DNA of 64,000 nt from positions 32,001-96,000 of IMG/VR virus record IMGVR_UViG_3300021255_003843; one strand, given 5' to 3'. The position numbers were made by a program, and so were the translations under genes. Positions 50,097-58,162 of this stretch are shown one piece after another (the first letter of the stretch is position 1; the number at the start of each line of letters is the position of its first letter). Source of the DNA: a virus. Lineage: Duplodnaviria; Caudoviricetes. Under the pieces are notes generated by a model. That model saw only the letters and a program-made list of their open reading frames with translations. It searched no databases and was not told the origin of the DNA.

Positions 50097-50603
50097 ATGT
50101 CTATCACTTTGAAGTCTATGCGCGCTGGTAAGGTTTCCGTCAATGAGTTCAATACCTATCCCGAGATGCTGCCCGTTCTCATGAAGATCCATGGCATGAA
50201 TCTGCCTTACTACATCCTCGAAGATGGCAAGATGATCTTCCAGGGCAACCTGGAGTTCGTCGAGAAGGAGAAGGACGCACCCGTCTCTTATACCCTGAAG
50301 ACGATGAACGAGGATGGTATGACTGACACCGCTCAATTCACCAATTTCGCCGACCTGTCTATCGCTGCCGCAGTGGCAGACATCAACCATATGCCGTGGT
50401 TCGTAGTCGATAACCATTCCGGCAAGATCATTCGTCAGGGTAATATCGAGCGCGTTGCCGCCATCAAGAGCGGCAACGCGCCGGAGACCTGCGTCGCCGA
50501 AGAGCCTGTCCCCGAAACTCCTGACGTCGACGTCGATATAGACGCTACGCTTGATGAGATGAACGATCTCATCGGAGATCTCGGCGCTCTTGACAATATC
50601 TAA
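50097..50603 (+). CDS. Hypothetical protein
   Basis: A-rich leader, GGGAGG; internal repeat (P.Y/W....GK.I.QGN.E.V) twice; acidic tail. Confidence 0.75.
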   Translation: MSITLKSMRAGKVSVNEFNTYPEMLPVLMKIHGMNLPYYILEDGKMIFQGNLEFVEKEKDAPVSYTLKTMNEDGMTDTAQFTNFADLSIAAAVADINHMPWFVVDNHSGKIIRQGNIERVAAIKSGNAPETCVAEEPVPETPDVDVDIDATLDEMNDLIGDLGALDNI

Positions 50604-50708
50604 GTCTGAGCTTCACACCACAGGCCGCCGTGTGCGGCCTGCGAGTGAGCCCCAGGCTCAAATACAAAAGCCAGATGGATGCGGCCATCTGGCGGAAGGA
50701 GGTTACCC

Positions 50709-50825
50709 ATGTACGGCTACTGCACTGACTGTGGCTATATGGGGCTCGTTGGTAACGAGTGGATTCTCTTCGCGACAGAAGAAGAATACCATGAGTACCT
50801 CCAGCCCGATGATACCACAGACTAA
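50709..50825 (+). CDS. 38-aa small protein (GYMGLV...LFATEEEY)
   Basis: GAAGGAGG RBS; below track cutoff. Confidence 0.7.
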   Translation: MYGYCTDCGYMGLVGNEWILFATEEEYHEYLQPDDTTD

Positions 50826-50939
50826 CACGTAAGTCAAGCTATGACCTGAGTACGTCGTTAAACTGCTCCGGCTTGTCTGCGCCGTAAAGACAGGCTTCTT
50901 ATCCCGCAGCGCGGCTCCCCCTTTTTTCCGGCCCCATAT

Positions 50940-51030
50940 TTTTCCCGCTTCCGCTCGCTCCGCTCCACCTCGCCTTCGGCTCGCTCCGCTCCGCTTCGCT
51001 GCTTGCGTGCGCTTCCGCGCTTGTTTCCGG
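50940..51030. repeat. CGCTC/CGCTT pyrimidine-rich low-complexity tract
   Basis: About 10 CGCTY-like units; almost no A on the + strand. Confidence 0.7.
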
Positions 51031-51203
51031 ATGTTGCTCTATCGTGTGATTCTGTCCGAGTTTTCCTGATAACTTATCTGGAAAAGTCAGGATGAGCGGC
51101 ATCCTGCGATAATTTATCCATCCTTCATGTCAGGAAGAAGTTTGCAGATAAATTATCTGGATTTCTCAGGCAAGTCTCATGCGTCTCGCAAAATTGAGTA
51201 TGG

Positions 51204-51234
51204 GCGCGCTGAGGACAGCGCGCGCCATGGTGAT
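51204..51234 (+). promoter_or_regulatory. AGGA-loop hairpin motif, copy 1
   Basis: GCGCGCTG-AGGA-CAGCGCGC-GCCATGGTGAT. Confidence 0.7.
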
Positions 51235-51275
51235 AGCTTCGTTTATCGAAATAACTTGAAGGAGGAAGCTGCGCT

Positions 51276-51437
51276 ATGGCGCTCGTGGTATTCATAATCC
51301 TGATAACAATCATCATGCTTGGTGACATCATCGTGGATCTATTGGATCAATTCTTGTGGCCGCTCATACTGCGTCGGGACGCACTGCATGTAGATAAGCG
51401 GAAACGTCCAAAACGCCAGAAATGGCAGTATCGTTAA
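51276..51437 (+). CDS. 53-aa membrane protein with basic tail
   Basis: AAGGAGG RBS; MALVVFIILITIIMLGD...KRKRPKRQKWQYR. Confidence 0.6.
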   Translation: MALVVFIILITIIMLGDIIVDLLDQFLWPLILRRDALHVDKRKRPKRQKWQYR

Positions 51438-51511
51438 AAACTCTACTGAATAAAAAAGCCGGACGCCCAATGAAAGGCGTCCGGCTTTCGTGAATGAAGG
51501 AGGAAATCACT

Positions 51512-51985
51512 ATGTGCAAAATCACTGATGTTACTATTGTTACCGACGGCGCTTGCTCCGGCAATCCTGGTCCCGGAGGCTGGTGCGCTCTCATGATCTG
51601 CGAAGGCAAGGAGCGCTCACTGCACGGCCACAAGACGCAGACCACCAACAATGAGATGGAACTCACTGCCGTGGTCCAGGGTCTTCAGGTGCTGCGCTAT
51701 CCCTGCACGGTGAAGGTACTGACCGACAGCGCTTACATCGTCAACCAGATCAATGGCGGTTATCTCGAGAAGTGGGCCAGCAATGGCTGGCGCACCTCGA
51801 CGAACCAGCCGGTGCAAAACCTGCACCTGTGGCAGGACCTGCGTGCAATGCTCAATGTGCACACCGTCACCTTCGTCAAGGTGAAGGGTCACAGCGGCGA
51901 TCCGCTCAACGAGAGAGCGGACCATGAAGCCTGCTGCGAGCGTGATCTTGCGAAAATCATGGCGTTCTCCGTAACGCCCGTGTAA
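51512..51985 (+). CDS. rnhA: Ribonuclease HI
   Basis: TDGACSGNPGPGGW, TTNNEMEL, TDSAY, N..LW, VKGHSG...NERAD. Confidence 0.95.
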   Translation: MCKITDVTIVTDGACSGNPGPGGWCALMICEGKERSLHGHKTQTTNNEMELTAVVQGLQVLRYPCTVKVLTDSAYIVNQINGGYLEKWASNGWRTSTNQPVQNLHLWQDLRAMLNVHTVTFVKVKGHSGDPLNERADHEACCERDLAKIMAFSVTPV

Positions 51986-52002
51986 TACAAGGAGGTTGTC
52001 AT

Positions 52003-52182
52003 ATGAGAAAGAACACTGGACTTATTCTCGCGATGCTGTTTATGATGTGCGTCGCTTTCGTAGCCGGTTGGCTGATCACTACGCATCATCTGGTGATCGA
52101 GTGCGACCATCCAAAGAATACGATCTACGTGACAGACATGTTCGGCCAGGAGTGGATCTACGATTACAATTGTGTCCGCTGA
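52003..52182 (+). CDS. 59-aa membrane/secreted protein
   Basis: AAGGAGG RBS; MRKNTGLILAMLFMMCVAFVAGWL... Confidence 0.65.
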   Translation: MRKNTGLILAMLFMMCVAFVAGWLITTHHLVIECDHPKNTIYVTDMFGQEWIYDYNCVR

Positions 52183-52207
52183 TGTCACAGGTCGAACCCG
52201 TAAAGGT

Positions 52208-52238
52208 GCGCGGCGAGGACGCCGCGCGCCATGGTGAT
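52208..52238 (+). promoter_or_regulatory. AGGA-loop hairpin motif, copy 2
   Basis: GCGCGGCG-AGGA-CGCCGCGC-GCCATGGTGAT. Confidence 0.7.
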
Positions 52239-52273
52239 ATAACGCACTTCTAATAAGTGTTGAATGAAGGAGA

Positions 52274-52612
52274 ATGAGTATGTATCAGTATAAGGTTCAG
52301 ATGATCAACCACAATATGCCGTCCAGGCATTATACGCTGCAGCACAGGCTGAACACCTGGCTCGAGGCTACCGGCACGACCAAGGCAGAACTCTCCCGTG
52401 CCTGCCAGGCCTACGCTTCTCACTATCGCATGAACTTCTCTAAGACGAACATCGCTCATTATTCTGCAGGACGCTGCTGCCCGAAGACGGACACTCTCGC
52501 GATCCTGAGCCATGTCATGGGAGTCTCTGAGCAGTGGCTCACTGGCTACGGTCCGGAATCTCTGCGTGTCACCAGAACTCTGGTATCTACGACACGCTAC
52601 ACCAGGGTATGA
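52274..52612 (+). CDS. XRE-family helix-turn-helix regulator
   Basis: RL...T.AELSR...SKTNI.HY..G...PK.DTL..LS....VSEQWLTG. Confidence 0.85.
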   Translation: MSMYQYKVQMINHNMPSRHYTLQHRLNTWLEATGTTKAELSRACQAYASHYRMNFSKTNIAHYSAGRCCPKTDTLAILSHVMGVSEQWLTGYGPESLRVTRTLVSTTRYTRV

Positions 52613-53205
52613 CACAGATGAGAGCGTGCTGAAATATGCACGCTCTCTTTTTTCAGAATCCTGGATGAAACTCAGGCTATTCTGTACAGAAGGGTCGCGA
52701 TCACTGAACGATCGGGGGACAAGCTATATAATAAATACGATGTCCCCGGATGCACGAGCTCCACTGGTAGAAAAACACCATAATGCACGAAACATTTTGG
52801 TTAGGGAGCAATGACGTGGAATAGTTGGGAATGTAAGTGAAATCAGGGGAAATGATAGGGGAGAGAACAGTTCTTTTCCTGTTTTTCCTATTTTCTATTC
52901 CTTTTTCATGCTCAATGACCACAGCAGTGCTCCTTAATACCCCACTTTTCTATATAAGCACCAATTGTAGTTTTCTACACTGATAGAGACGGCCGTGTGT
53001 TCACGCTTCGTGAATACCCGTTGCGTATCGCTACACTGGTAGATACACACATTCCGTCTCTAACGATAGACCCATAGGGTTCCTACTAACAACATCTAAG
53101 CGCTCCCTTTCCTCCACGCCTTTTGGATAGGCGGGGAAAGGGAGCTTATTCATGACCGTGCTTCTCTCATATTCGTTTCTAAACAACACATATGTATCTA
53201 ACATT

Positions 53206-53248
53206 ACGAAAAGGGGAGGGCTGCTGGCGCAGCCCTCCCCTTTTCGTG
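53206..53248. terminator. Bidirectional terminator hairpin
   Basis: ACGAAAAGGGGAGGGCTGC-TGGC-GCAGCCCTCCCCTTTTCGT. Confidence 0.75.
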
Positions 53249-53300
53249 TAAATCAACGTTTTTCGTTTGCATATTCGAAGGTCCGCTTCGCGTCCCTTCT

Positions 53301-53327
53301 CATATATATCCATTCTCGAATGTAATC
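53301..53327 (-). promoter_or_regulatory. 27-bp conserved motif, copy 3
   Basis: CATATATATCCATTCTCGAATGTAATC in a non-coding region. Confidence 0.55.
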
Positions 53328-53425
53328 GCACCTACATACTTTATCTGATATAGTACATCGACAGATGATGTATATATATCTGGTTGAATTTTTAACCAGA
53401 TTATCCTGGACATACCTCGCCTTAA

Positions 53426-53456
53426 CCGCGCTGAGGACAGCGCGGGCCATGATGGA
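53426..53456 (+). promoter_or_regulatory. AGGA-loop hairpin motif, copy 3
   Basis: CCGCGCTG-AGGA-CAGCGCGG-GCCATGATGGA. Confidence 0.7.
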
Positions 53457-53471
53457 ACTTACGGGGACTCC

Positions 53472-53500
53472 ATTATACTGTCGCCGTGAAACCCTGTCAA
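53472..53500 (-). promoter_or_regulatory. Consensus sigmaA promoter on the minus strand
   Basis: TTGACA-17-TATAAT, perfect match. Confidence 0.8.
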
Positions 53501-53571
53501 GTTAAATTTTTATTACAAATTTTCGTCGTCTTGCGCTGCAATGGACGATGTAAACCCGCCAGGAGGACCAT

Positions 53572-53826
53572 ATGGAAGAAGAGTTCAAAGAAGGAGATCT
53601 TGTCGTCATCAAACAGAGCAAACATTGCTTAGTTGAAGACATCAGACAAGAACATCGCAAAGCATTTGAGATTCTTTGCGCGACGCCGCACGCAGTGAGA
53701 GATTATAAGAAATCATCAAATCTACTTTATGTTCCGGTTCTGGAAGGCAATGCCACAATTGTCTTGAGTCCGGAATGGTTTGAGCACGCTGACGATCCCA
53801 TCGAGAACAATCCTGACCTGTACTGA
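53572..53826 (+). CDS. SH3/KOW-like paralog 1
   Basis: FKEGDLVVIK...WFE...DLY. Confidence 0.75.
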   Translation: MEEEFKEGDLVVIKQSKHCLVEDIRQEHRKAFEILCATPHAVRDYKKSSNLLYVPVLEGNATIVLSPEWFEHADDPIENNPDLY

Positions 53827-53861
53827 CGCCACTTCCCCGCTCCGCCGTTACGCAGACGGGG

Positions 53862-53892
53862 GCGGCCTGAGGACAGGCCGCGCCAGGATGAA
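53862..53892 (+). promoter_or_regulatory. AGGA-loop hairpin motif, copy 4
   Basis: GCGGCCTG-AGGA-CAGGCCGC-GCCAGGATGAA. Confidence 0.7.
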
Positions 53893-53948
53893 GGGTTTGA
53901 CGCCCTTCGGAAATAACAAACGTGCGGCAGAGCCGCGAGGAGGAAATT

Positions 53949-54137
53949 ATGGAGCGTGAATATTTCTTTAACCAGAGCAAAGCTTTTGATCCGACCGCCG
54001 GCTGCGCCCTGAACCGCATCGAAGCGGAGCAGAAAAGAAAAAGGAATAAGGAAGCCTGGCTCGAGATCGCCCGCAAGATGTGTTCTAAGCCTCAGCATCT
54101 CTTTGTTCCGGTAGGTGAACTGGTTGTGAAAGCCTGA
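53949..54137 (+). CDS. Hypothetical small protein
   Basis: GAGGAGG RBS; DPTAG.A...I motif. Confidence 0.65.
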   Translation: MEREYFFNQSKAFDPTAGCALNRIEAEQKRKRNKEAWLEIARKMCSKPQHLFVPVGELVVKA

Positions 54138-54175
54138 TCCCGCCGGGAAAAGAAGCTTGACTTCAGCAACGAAAG

Positions 54176-54206
54176 GCGGCCTGAGGACAGGCCGCGCCAG
54201 GGTGAA
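54176..54206 (+). promoter_or_regulatory. AGGA-loop hairpin motif, copy 5
   Basis: GCGGCCTG-AGGA-CAGGCCGC-GCCAGGGTGAA. Confidence 0.7.
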
Positions 54207-54381
54207 GGGTTATACGGCCCTTGCCCGACGAATCGCAAAACAAAAGCGATTCGTCGCAAAATCAAGACTCGTTACGCGCTGCAGACAAATGCTCCGGCGC
54301 GAAACGATATATTTTGATGCGAAAAGCATCCGACAAAATGGCAGACGCCAAACGCCCACAGGGCAGAAAGAGAGAGAGAGT

Positions 54382-54801
54382 ATGAATAAGCTGTTTATCA
54401 TGGGTCACCTCACCGCCGACGCTACCGTCCGCACCGTCAATGTCGCTGGCGTTCCTACGCCTGTTGCCACCTTCACCGTCGCTGCCAACTATGGACGCCG
54501 CAACGAGAATGGTGACCGCAACGTCCAGTTCGTGCGCTGCACCGCGTGGCGTGAATTCGCCAGCAAGCTCGCGCCGTACCTGAAGAAGGGCACCCAGGTG
54601 GCCGTCGAAGGTCCGTGCCGCGTCTCCGTGTACCAGAGCAACCAGGACCGCACCTGGCGTGGTCAGCTCGAGATCCCGACGATCGAGAGCTTCGAGTTCC
54701 TGAGCGCCCAGAAGAGGGACGAAGCGGCTGAACCCGCAGAAGCGCCCGCTCCTGAGACGCCCGCTGCTCCCGCCGCCGATGACGGCTACCCCTTCGATTA
54801 A
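54382..54801 (+). CDS. ssb: Single-stranded DNA-binding protein
   Basis: MNKLFIMGHLT.D...F.VA.N...F..C.AW...YLKKG.QVAVEG; tail DDGYPFD. Confidence 0.92.
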   Translation: MNKLFIMGHLTADATVRTVNVAGVPTPVATFTVAANYGRRNENGDRNVQFVRCTAWREFASKLAPYLKKGTQVAVEGPCRVSVYQSNQDRTWRGQLEIPTIESFEFLSAQKRDEAAEPAEAPAPETPAAPAADDGYPFD

Positions 54802-54818
54802 TGAAAAGAGGAATCTGA

Positions 54819-54923
54819 ATGGATCCGTATTCTGAGTTCTGTACTGTCGAAGACGCGCTGGACTGGTTCACCGGCGAAGCGCTCTTCGAGCTTCACGAAT
54901 TCGAGGAATCCGAAAACGAATAA
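54819..54923 (+). CDS. 34-aa acidic peptide
   Basis: AAGAGGA RBS; MDPYSEFCTVEDALDWFTGEALFELHEFEESENE; followed by a terminator. Confidence 0.5.
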   Translation: MDPYSEFCTVEDALDWFTGEALFELHEFEESENE

Positions 54924-55080
54924 GGCGGGCTTGTCCCGCCTTTTTATGCAGCGCAGCCCGTCAATGTCGGACAAGCTGTACTTCCAAGAATAAGTGGTTG
55001 AAACCGACCATATTGATAGTTGCCAGGTCAAGTAACTGTTCAATGGGGACAAGCCACTTCATGGGACAACTCCTCCGCGC

Positions 55081-55123
55081 GCCGAGACGCCCTCCTCCTC
55101 CTGGGGCGTCTCGGCTTATTTTT
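55081..55123 (+). terminator. Terminator with C-rich loop
   Basis: GCCGAGACGCCC-TCCTCCTCCTG-GGGCGTCTCGGC-TTATTTTT. Confidence 0.7.
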
Positions 55124-55198
55124 CGTCAGCGAAGTCTTTTGAAGGCCGCCGTCTGGCCCGGACCGCAATAACTTGTATTATCGAATCGGAGGCGGAAG

Positions 55199-55489
55199 AT
55201 GACTGAACAGGCGCGTGGTTTCAAAGAAGGCGATCTGGTTGTTGTAAAGCCAGAATATGCAGATGTGATGTACGAAGCATACAAACACCTCATATTGTAC
55301 GGTACGCCTAAGTCTAAGCTTGGTAAAAACATTGCTCTCGGAGAACCCGCTATCGTTCTTCGCGTTTGGGATGACGAAATGTGGATAACCGACAAAGATG
55401 ACAGAACGGGAGAATTCATTGCACCTCTAACGCAATGGTTTACGTTTTATAAAAATAAAGCAATGGATGCAATTGATCATCTCCTGTAG
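55199..55489 (+). CDS. SH3/KOW-like paralog 2
   Basis: FKEGDLVVVKPEY...WF...IDHLL. Confidence 0.8.
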   Translation: MTEQARGFKEGDLVVVKPEYADVMYEAYKHLILYGTPKSKLGKNIALGEPAIVLRVWDDEMWITDKDDRTGEFIAPLTQWFTFYKNKAMDAIDHLL

Positions 55490-55499
55490 GAGGATTAAA

Positions 55500-55781
55500 A
55501 TGAGTAGTTTTGAAATTGGCGACATCGTAGTCGTCAAGCCAGAATATGCCTCATCCTTCAGAAACATATACGAAGGGCATGAGAGTTTGTTCAATAGACA
55601 TAAAGTTCGCTTCGGAATCAGCGTTTCGGAAGGCGCACCAGCGCGTGTCGTGCATACCACTTATGACGGCATCGACCTGACCGATCTCGACAATACACTC
55701 AGCCCCAACTCCTGGCTCTGCACCGAGAGAGAATGGTTTGAGCTCTATCAAGAGCGAGGACCGATCGAGCAGCTCTTGTGA
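55500..55781 (+). CDS. SH3/KOW-like paralog 3
   Basis: FEIGDIVVVKPEY...WFELY...IEQLL. Confidence 0.8.
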   Translation: MSSFEIGDIVVVKPEYASSFRNIYEGHESLFNRHKVRFGISVSEGAPARVVHTTYDGIDLTDLDNTLSPNSWLCTEREWFELYQERGPIEQLL

Positions 55782-55788
55782 GGTAACT

Positions 55789-56112
55789 ATGGATTATTTT
55801 CACGTTGGAGATATCGTCGTAGTAAAGCCTGAATATAGCGAAGAGCTGATAAGAAGCTATTCGTCTGGCTACAGCGACGCAAAATGCAAATTTGGTCGCG
55901 CTGTTGCGCGTGGCGCTCCAGCCAAGGTCGTCCACTGTCACAAAAGCGAAATTGTCAAAGTGTCAGACTACACGAAAGAGTATCTAACTTTTGGTGGCAG
56001 CAGCGGATGGCTAACAGATCTTGAGGAAACGCTGCAATGCGAGGATTATTTGCACCTAAGCAGCGCCTACTTTGACCTTTATATGCCTCCGATACCTGAT
56101 GGTCTGCTGTAG
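55789..56112 (+). CDS. SH3/KOW-like paralog 4
   Basis: FHVGDIVVVKPEY...YFDLY...DGLL. Confidence 0.8.
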   Translation: MDYFHVGDIVVVKPEYSEELIRSYSSGYSDAKCKFGRAVARGAPAKVVHCHKSEIVKVSDYTKEYLTFGGSSGWLTDLEETLQCEDYLHLSSAYFDLYMPPIPDGLL

Positions 56113-56122
56113 GAGTTTTATA

Positions 56123-56365
56123 ATGTGTTATGTGCATGAAATAGAAACGTTTCACGAAGGTGAAATCGTCGAAATGACAGACCATGTGAAAAAGTTACCA
56201 CGACTAAAAGAAGCCCGTATTTTACAGGATGACAAATTCCTAATAAAAGATGTAGGCGTAAACGGTATTTTAAAAATACAGAATATAAGAAACAACGAAG
56301 ATTACTATGTCAAAAACATTTCATTGCAGCACATAGTTCCTGAAGTTGAAACATGTCTTCTGTAG
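56123..56365 (+). CDS. SH3/KOW-like paralog 5
   Basis: FHEGEIVEM...ETCLL. Confidence 0.7.
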   Translation: MCYVHEIETFHEGEIVEMTDHVKKLPRLKEARILQDDKFLIKDVGVNGILKIQNIRNNEDYYVKNISLQHIVPEVETCLL

Positions 56366-56678
56366 GAGCGCCCATGCCAACATCAGTGTATCAGCCGGAC
56401 CAGTTTGTCGTCGCGCTGCTGTAATTATTGCGTGCCCCTTTGATCATCACCCGTGCAAATCGGGCAGGGGCTATACTCAACCTCCTTTCTGGACGCTGGC
56501 AAGCCGTCCAATGAAGCTTGCCAACAGGTTTGCGGTACTCGCCTGCCCTAATATAAAAAACCGTTGTGAGTAGACAGTCATGGCAGTGTGTCTGCAAGTC
56601 CCGGGAGTCCTCCAAGTGCAGGTAAATGCATAGCCTCGAACTCCCGGGGCGGACGTTCTATTTTGAAAGGAGACGCTC

Positions 56679-57134
56679 ATGCTGAGATTTGTCAAAGGTG
56701 ATTTGCTTGAAGCAAAAGAAGATTTCATCTGCCATCAGGTCAACTGCATGAGCGCAATGGGCTCAGGCATTGCTAACCAGATCGCGGACAAATGGCCTCA
56801 AGTAAAAACACTGTATTTATCAAAATGCCAGATGTTTGATGACAGAAGACTTCTGTTGGGCAAAGTTCAGTCTATAAAAATCGATGAACATCAATACGTA
56901 CTGAATATTTTCAGCCAGTATACTTATGGCAGCGACAAAAATACGGTCTATACAAACTATCCAGCTTTGCAGAAAGCGTTGTATCTGGCTCGTTTGCCTG
57001 ATAAAAGCTATGCTTTTCCGTACCACTTTGGATGCGGCTTAGCGAACGGCGACTGGACAACTGTTCGTTCGCTAATTGAGAAAATACTGGCCTATGACCA
57101 CGAAGTTGTTATTTACAAGAGGTACGCCACATGA
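56679..57134 (+). CDS. Macrodomain protein (Poa1p/TARG1-like ADP-ribose hydrolase family)
   Basis: KGDLL...ICHQVNC...MGSGIA..I...P...N.FSQ...T.Y...FP..FGCGLANGDW. Confidence 0.88.
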   Translation: MLRFVKGDLLEAKEDFICHQVNCMSAMGSGIANQIADKWPQVKTLYLSKCQMFDDRRLLLGKVQSIKIDEHQYVLNIFSQYTYGSDKNTVYTNYPALQKALYLARLPDKSYAFPYHFGCGLANGDWTTVRSLIEKILAYDHEVVIYKRYAT

Positions 57135-57400
57135 AAGGAAACGCTAAGCTATACAAACCAGGCGACGAAGTGTTCGTCTCCGACGATATTATGTATATGA
57201 ATACCAGTGACGGCGTAGGCATTGCAGAAGCGATGAAAACAATGGCCGGCCAACGTCTGACAATCAAAGCTATTTCCGATGGATATCCGAAGTGTGGCTT
57301 GTGTTATATCGTAAAAGAAAATACTTTCTTATGGCAGGATGAAATGTTGGAGCCCATTAGCAACATTGACATGACCGCCATGGACAGCCTGCTTTTATGA
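57131..57400 (+). CDS. SH3/KOW-like paralog 6
   Basis: YKPGDEVFV...MAG..LTI...WQDEMLEP...DSLLL. Confidence 0.8.
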   Translation: MKGNAKLYKPGDEVFVSDDIMYMNTSDGVGIAEAMKTMAGQRLTIKAISDGYPKCGLCYIVKENTFLWQDEMLEPISNIDMTAMDSLLL

Positions 57401-57410
57401 GGTAATAACT

Positions 57411-57692
57411 ATGTTTCAAGAAGGAGATCTCGTCGTAGCGAAAAACCCGGCAAGAATGCGAGAAACATATAAAGATTGGGCCAAACGATACCCGGATGAA
57501 CGCATCAAGTATGAACTCGGGCTGAAATTTGCTGACGGTGCGCCTCTTGAAATTATCAGGATGAGAGGAGCCACCGGCGTAGTTCTCGGCCCAGTTGGTT
57601 CGTCATGCACAGACAACGACAAAACGCTCTGGCTCAACTCAGGCGATCTTGCGCTTTGCGACGACATGCAGCCTGTGTCTGATTTATTGTGA
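57411..57692 (+). CDS. SH3/KOW-like paralog 7
   Basis: FQEGDLVVAK...VSDLL. Confidence 0.8.
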   Translation: MFQEGDLVVAKNPARMRETYKDWAKRYPDERIKYELGLKFADGAPLEIIRMRGATGVVLGPVGSSCTDNDKTLWLNSGDLALCDDMQPVSDLL

Positions 57693-57699
57693 GGTAGCT

Positions 57700-57909
57700 A
57701 TGTTTCGAGTAGGCGATATAGCAATAGCCAATGAACGCGCCAAAGGCGTTTATTCAATAACCAAGCCAGGCTGGATCGGCACAGTTATCAGGGTTTATCC
57801 TGGTTTCATTACAGTAGCCGGAAAAGAAGGCAATTTCACTGTATGTTCGGAACACTTCGATCTTTATAAGGATCCTCTTGATATCAAAGACATCTCGCGG
57901 TTGATATGA
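57700..57909 (+). CDS. SH3/KOW-like paralog 8
   Basis: FRVGDIAIAN..A...Y.IT..GW.G.V...HFDLY...SRLI. Confidence 0.8.
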   Translation: MFRVGDIAIANERAKGVYSITKPGWIGTVIRVYPGFITVAGKEGNFTVCSEHFDLYKDPLDIKDISRLI

Positions 57910-57917
57910 CCGCATAT

Positions 57918-57990
57918 GGCCTCTTAGCTCAGCCGGTAGAGCAGCTGACTGTTAATCAGCCGGTCGCGCGTTCAAATCGCGCAGAGGCCT
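57918..57990 (+). tRNA. tRNA-Asn(GUU)
   Basis: Acceptor GGCCTCT/AGAGGCC, D arm GCTC/GAGC, anticodon arm GCTGA-CT GTT AA-TCAGC, T loop TTCAAAT; no encoded CCA. Confidence 0.92.
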
Positions 57991-58162
57991 CGTCGGGACG
58001 ATCTGCCGGAAAATGGCGCAGATCACGCGCAACGCTGTTGGAACAGAAGGCTTGGGTTGCGCAACTTGTCAGCAAAAGAAATATCTATAGTTTTTAGCCA
58101 TTTCCATGCCTTGCTTACAGCTGACAGCCCTGCCGCTGGGGTCATAATACAGCGGATTTTAT

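Noticed and set aside
51996-52253. 85-aa ORF in the track
   Set aside because: The RBS spacing fits ATG 52003 in another frame (59-aa membrane protein), and this ORF runs through AGGA hairpin 2.
51204-54206. AGGA hairpins as hammerheads (CUGAGGA fits CUGANGA) or as a CRISPR array
   Set aside because: No correctly placed GAAA/NUH core, copy 2 lacks CUGA, and copies are irregularly spaced with genes between them.
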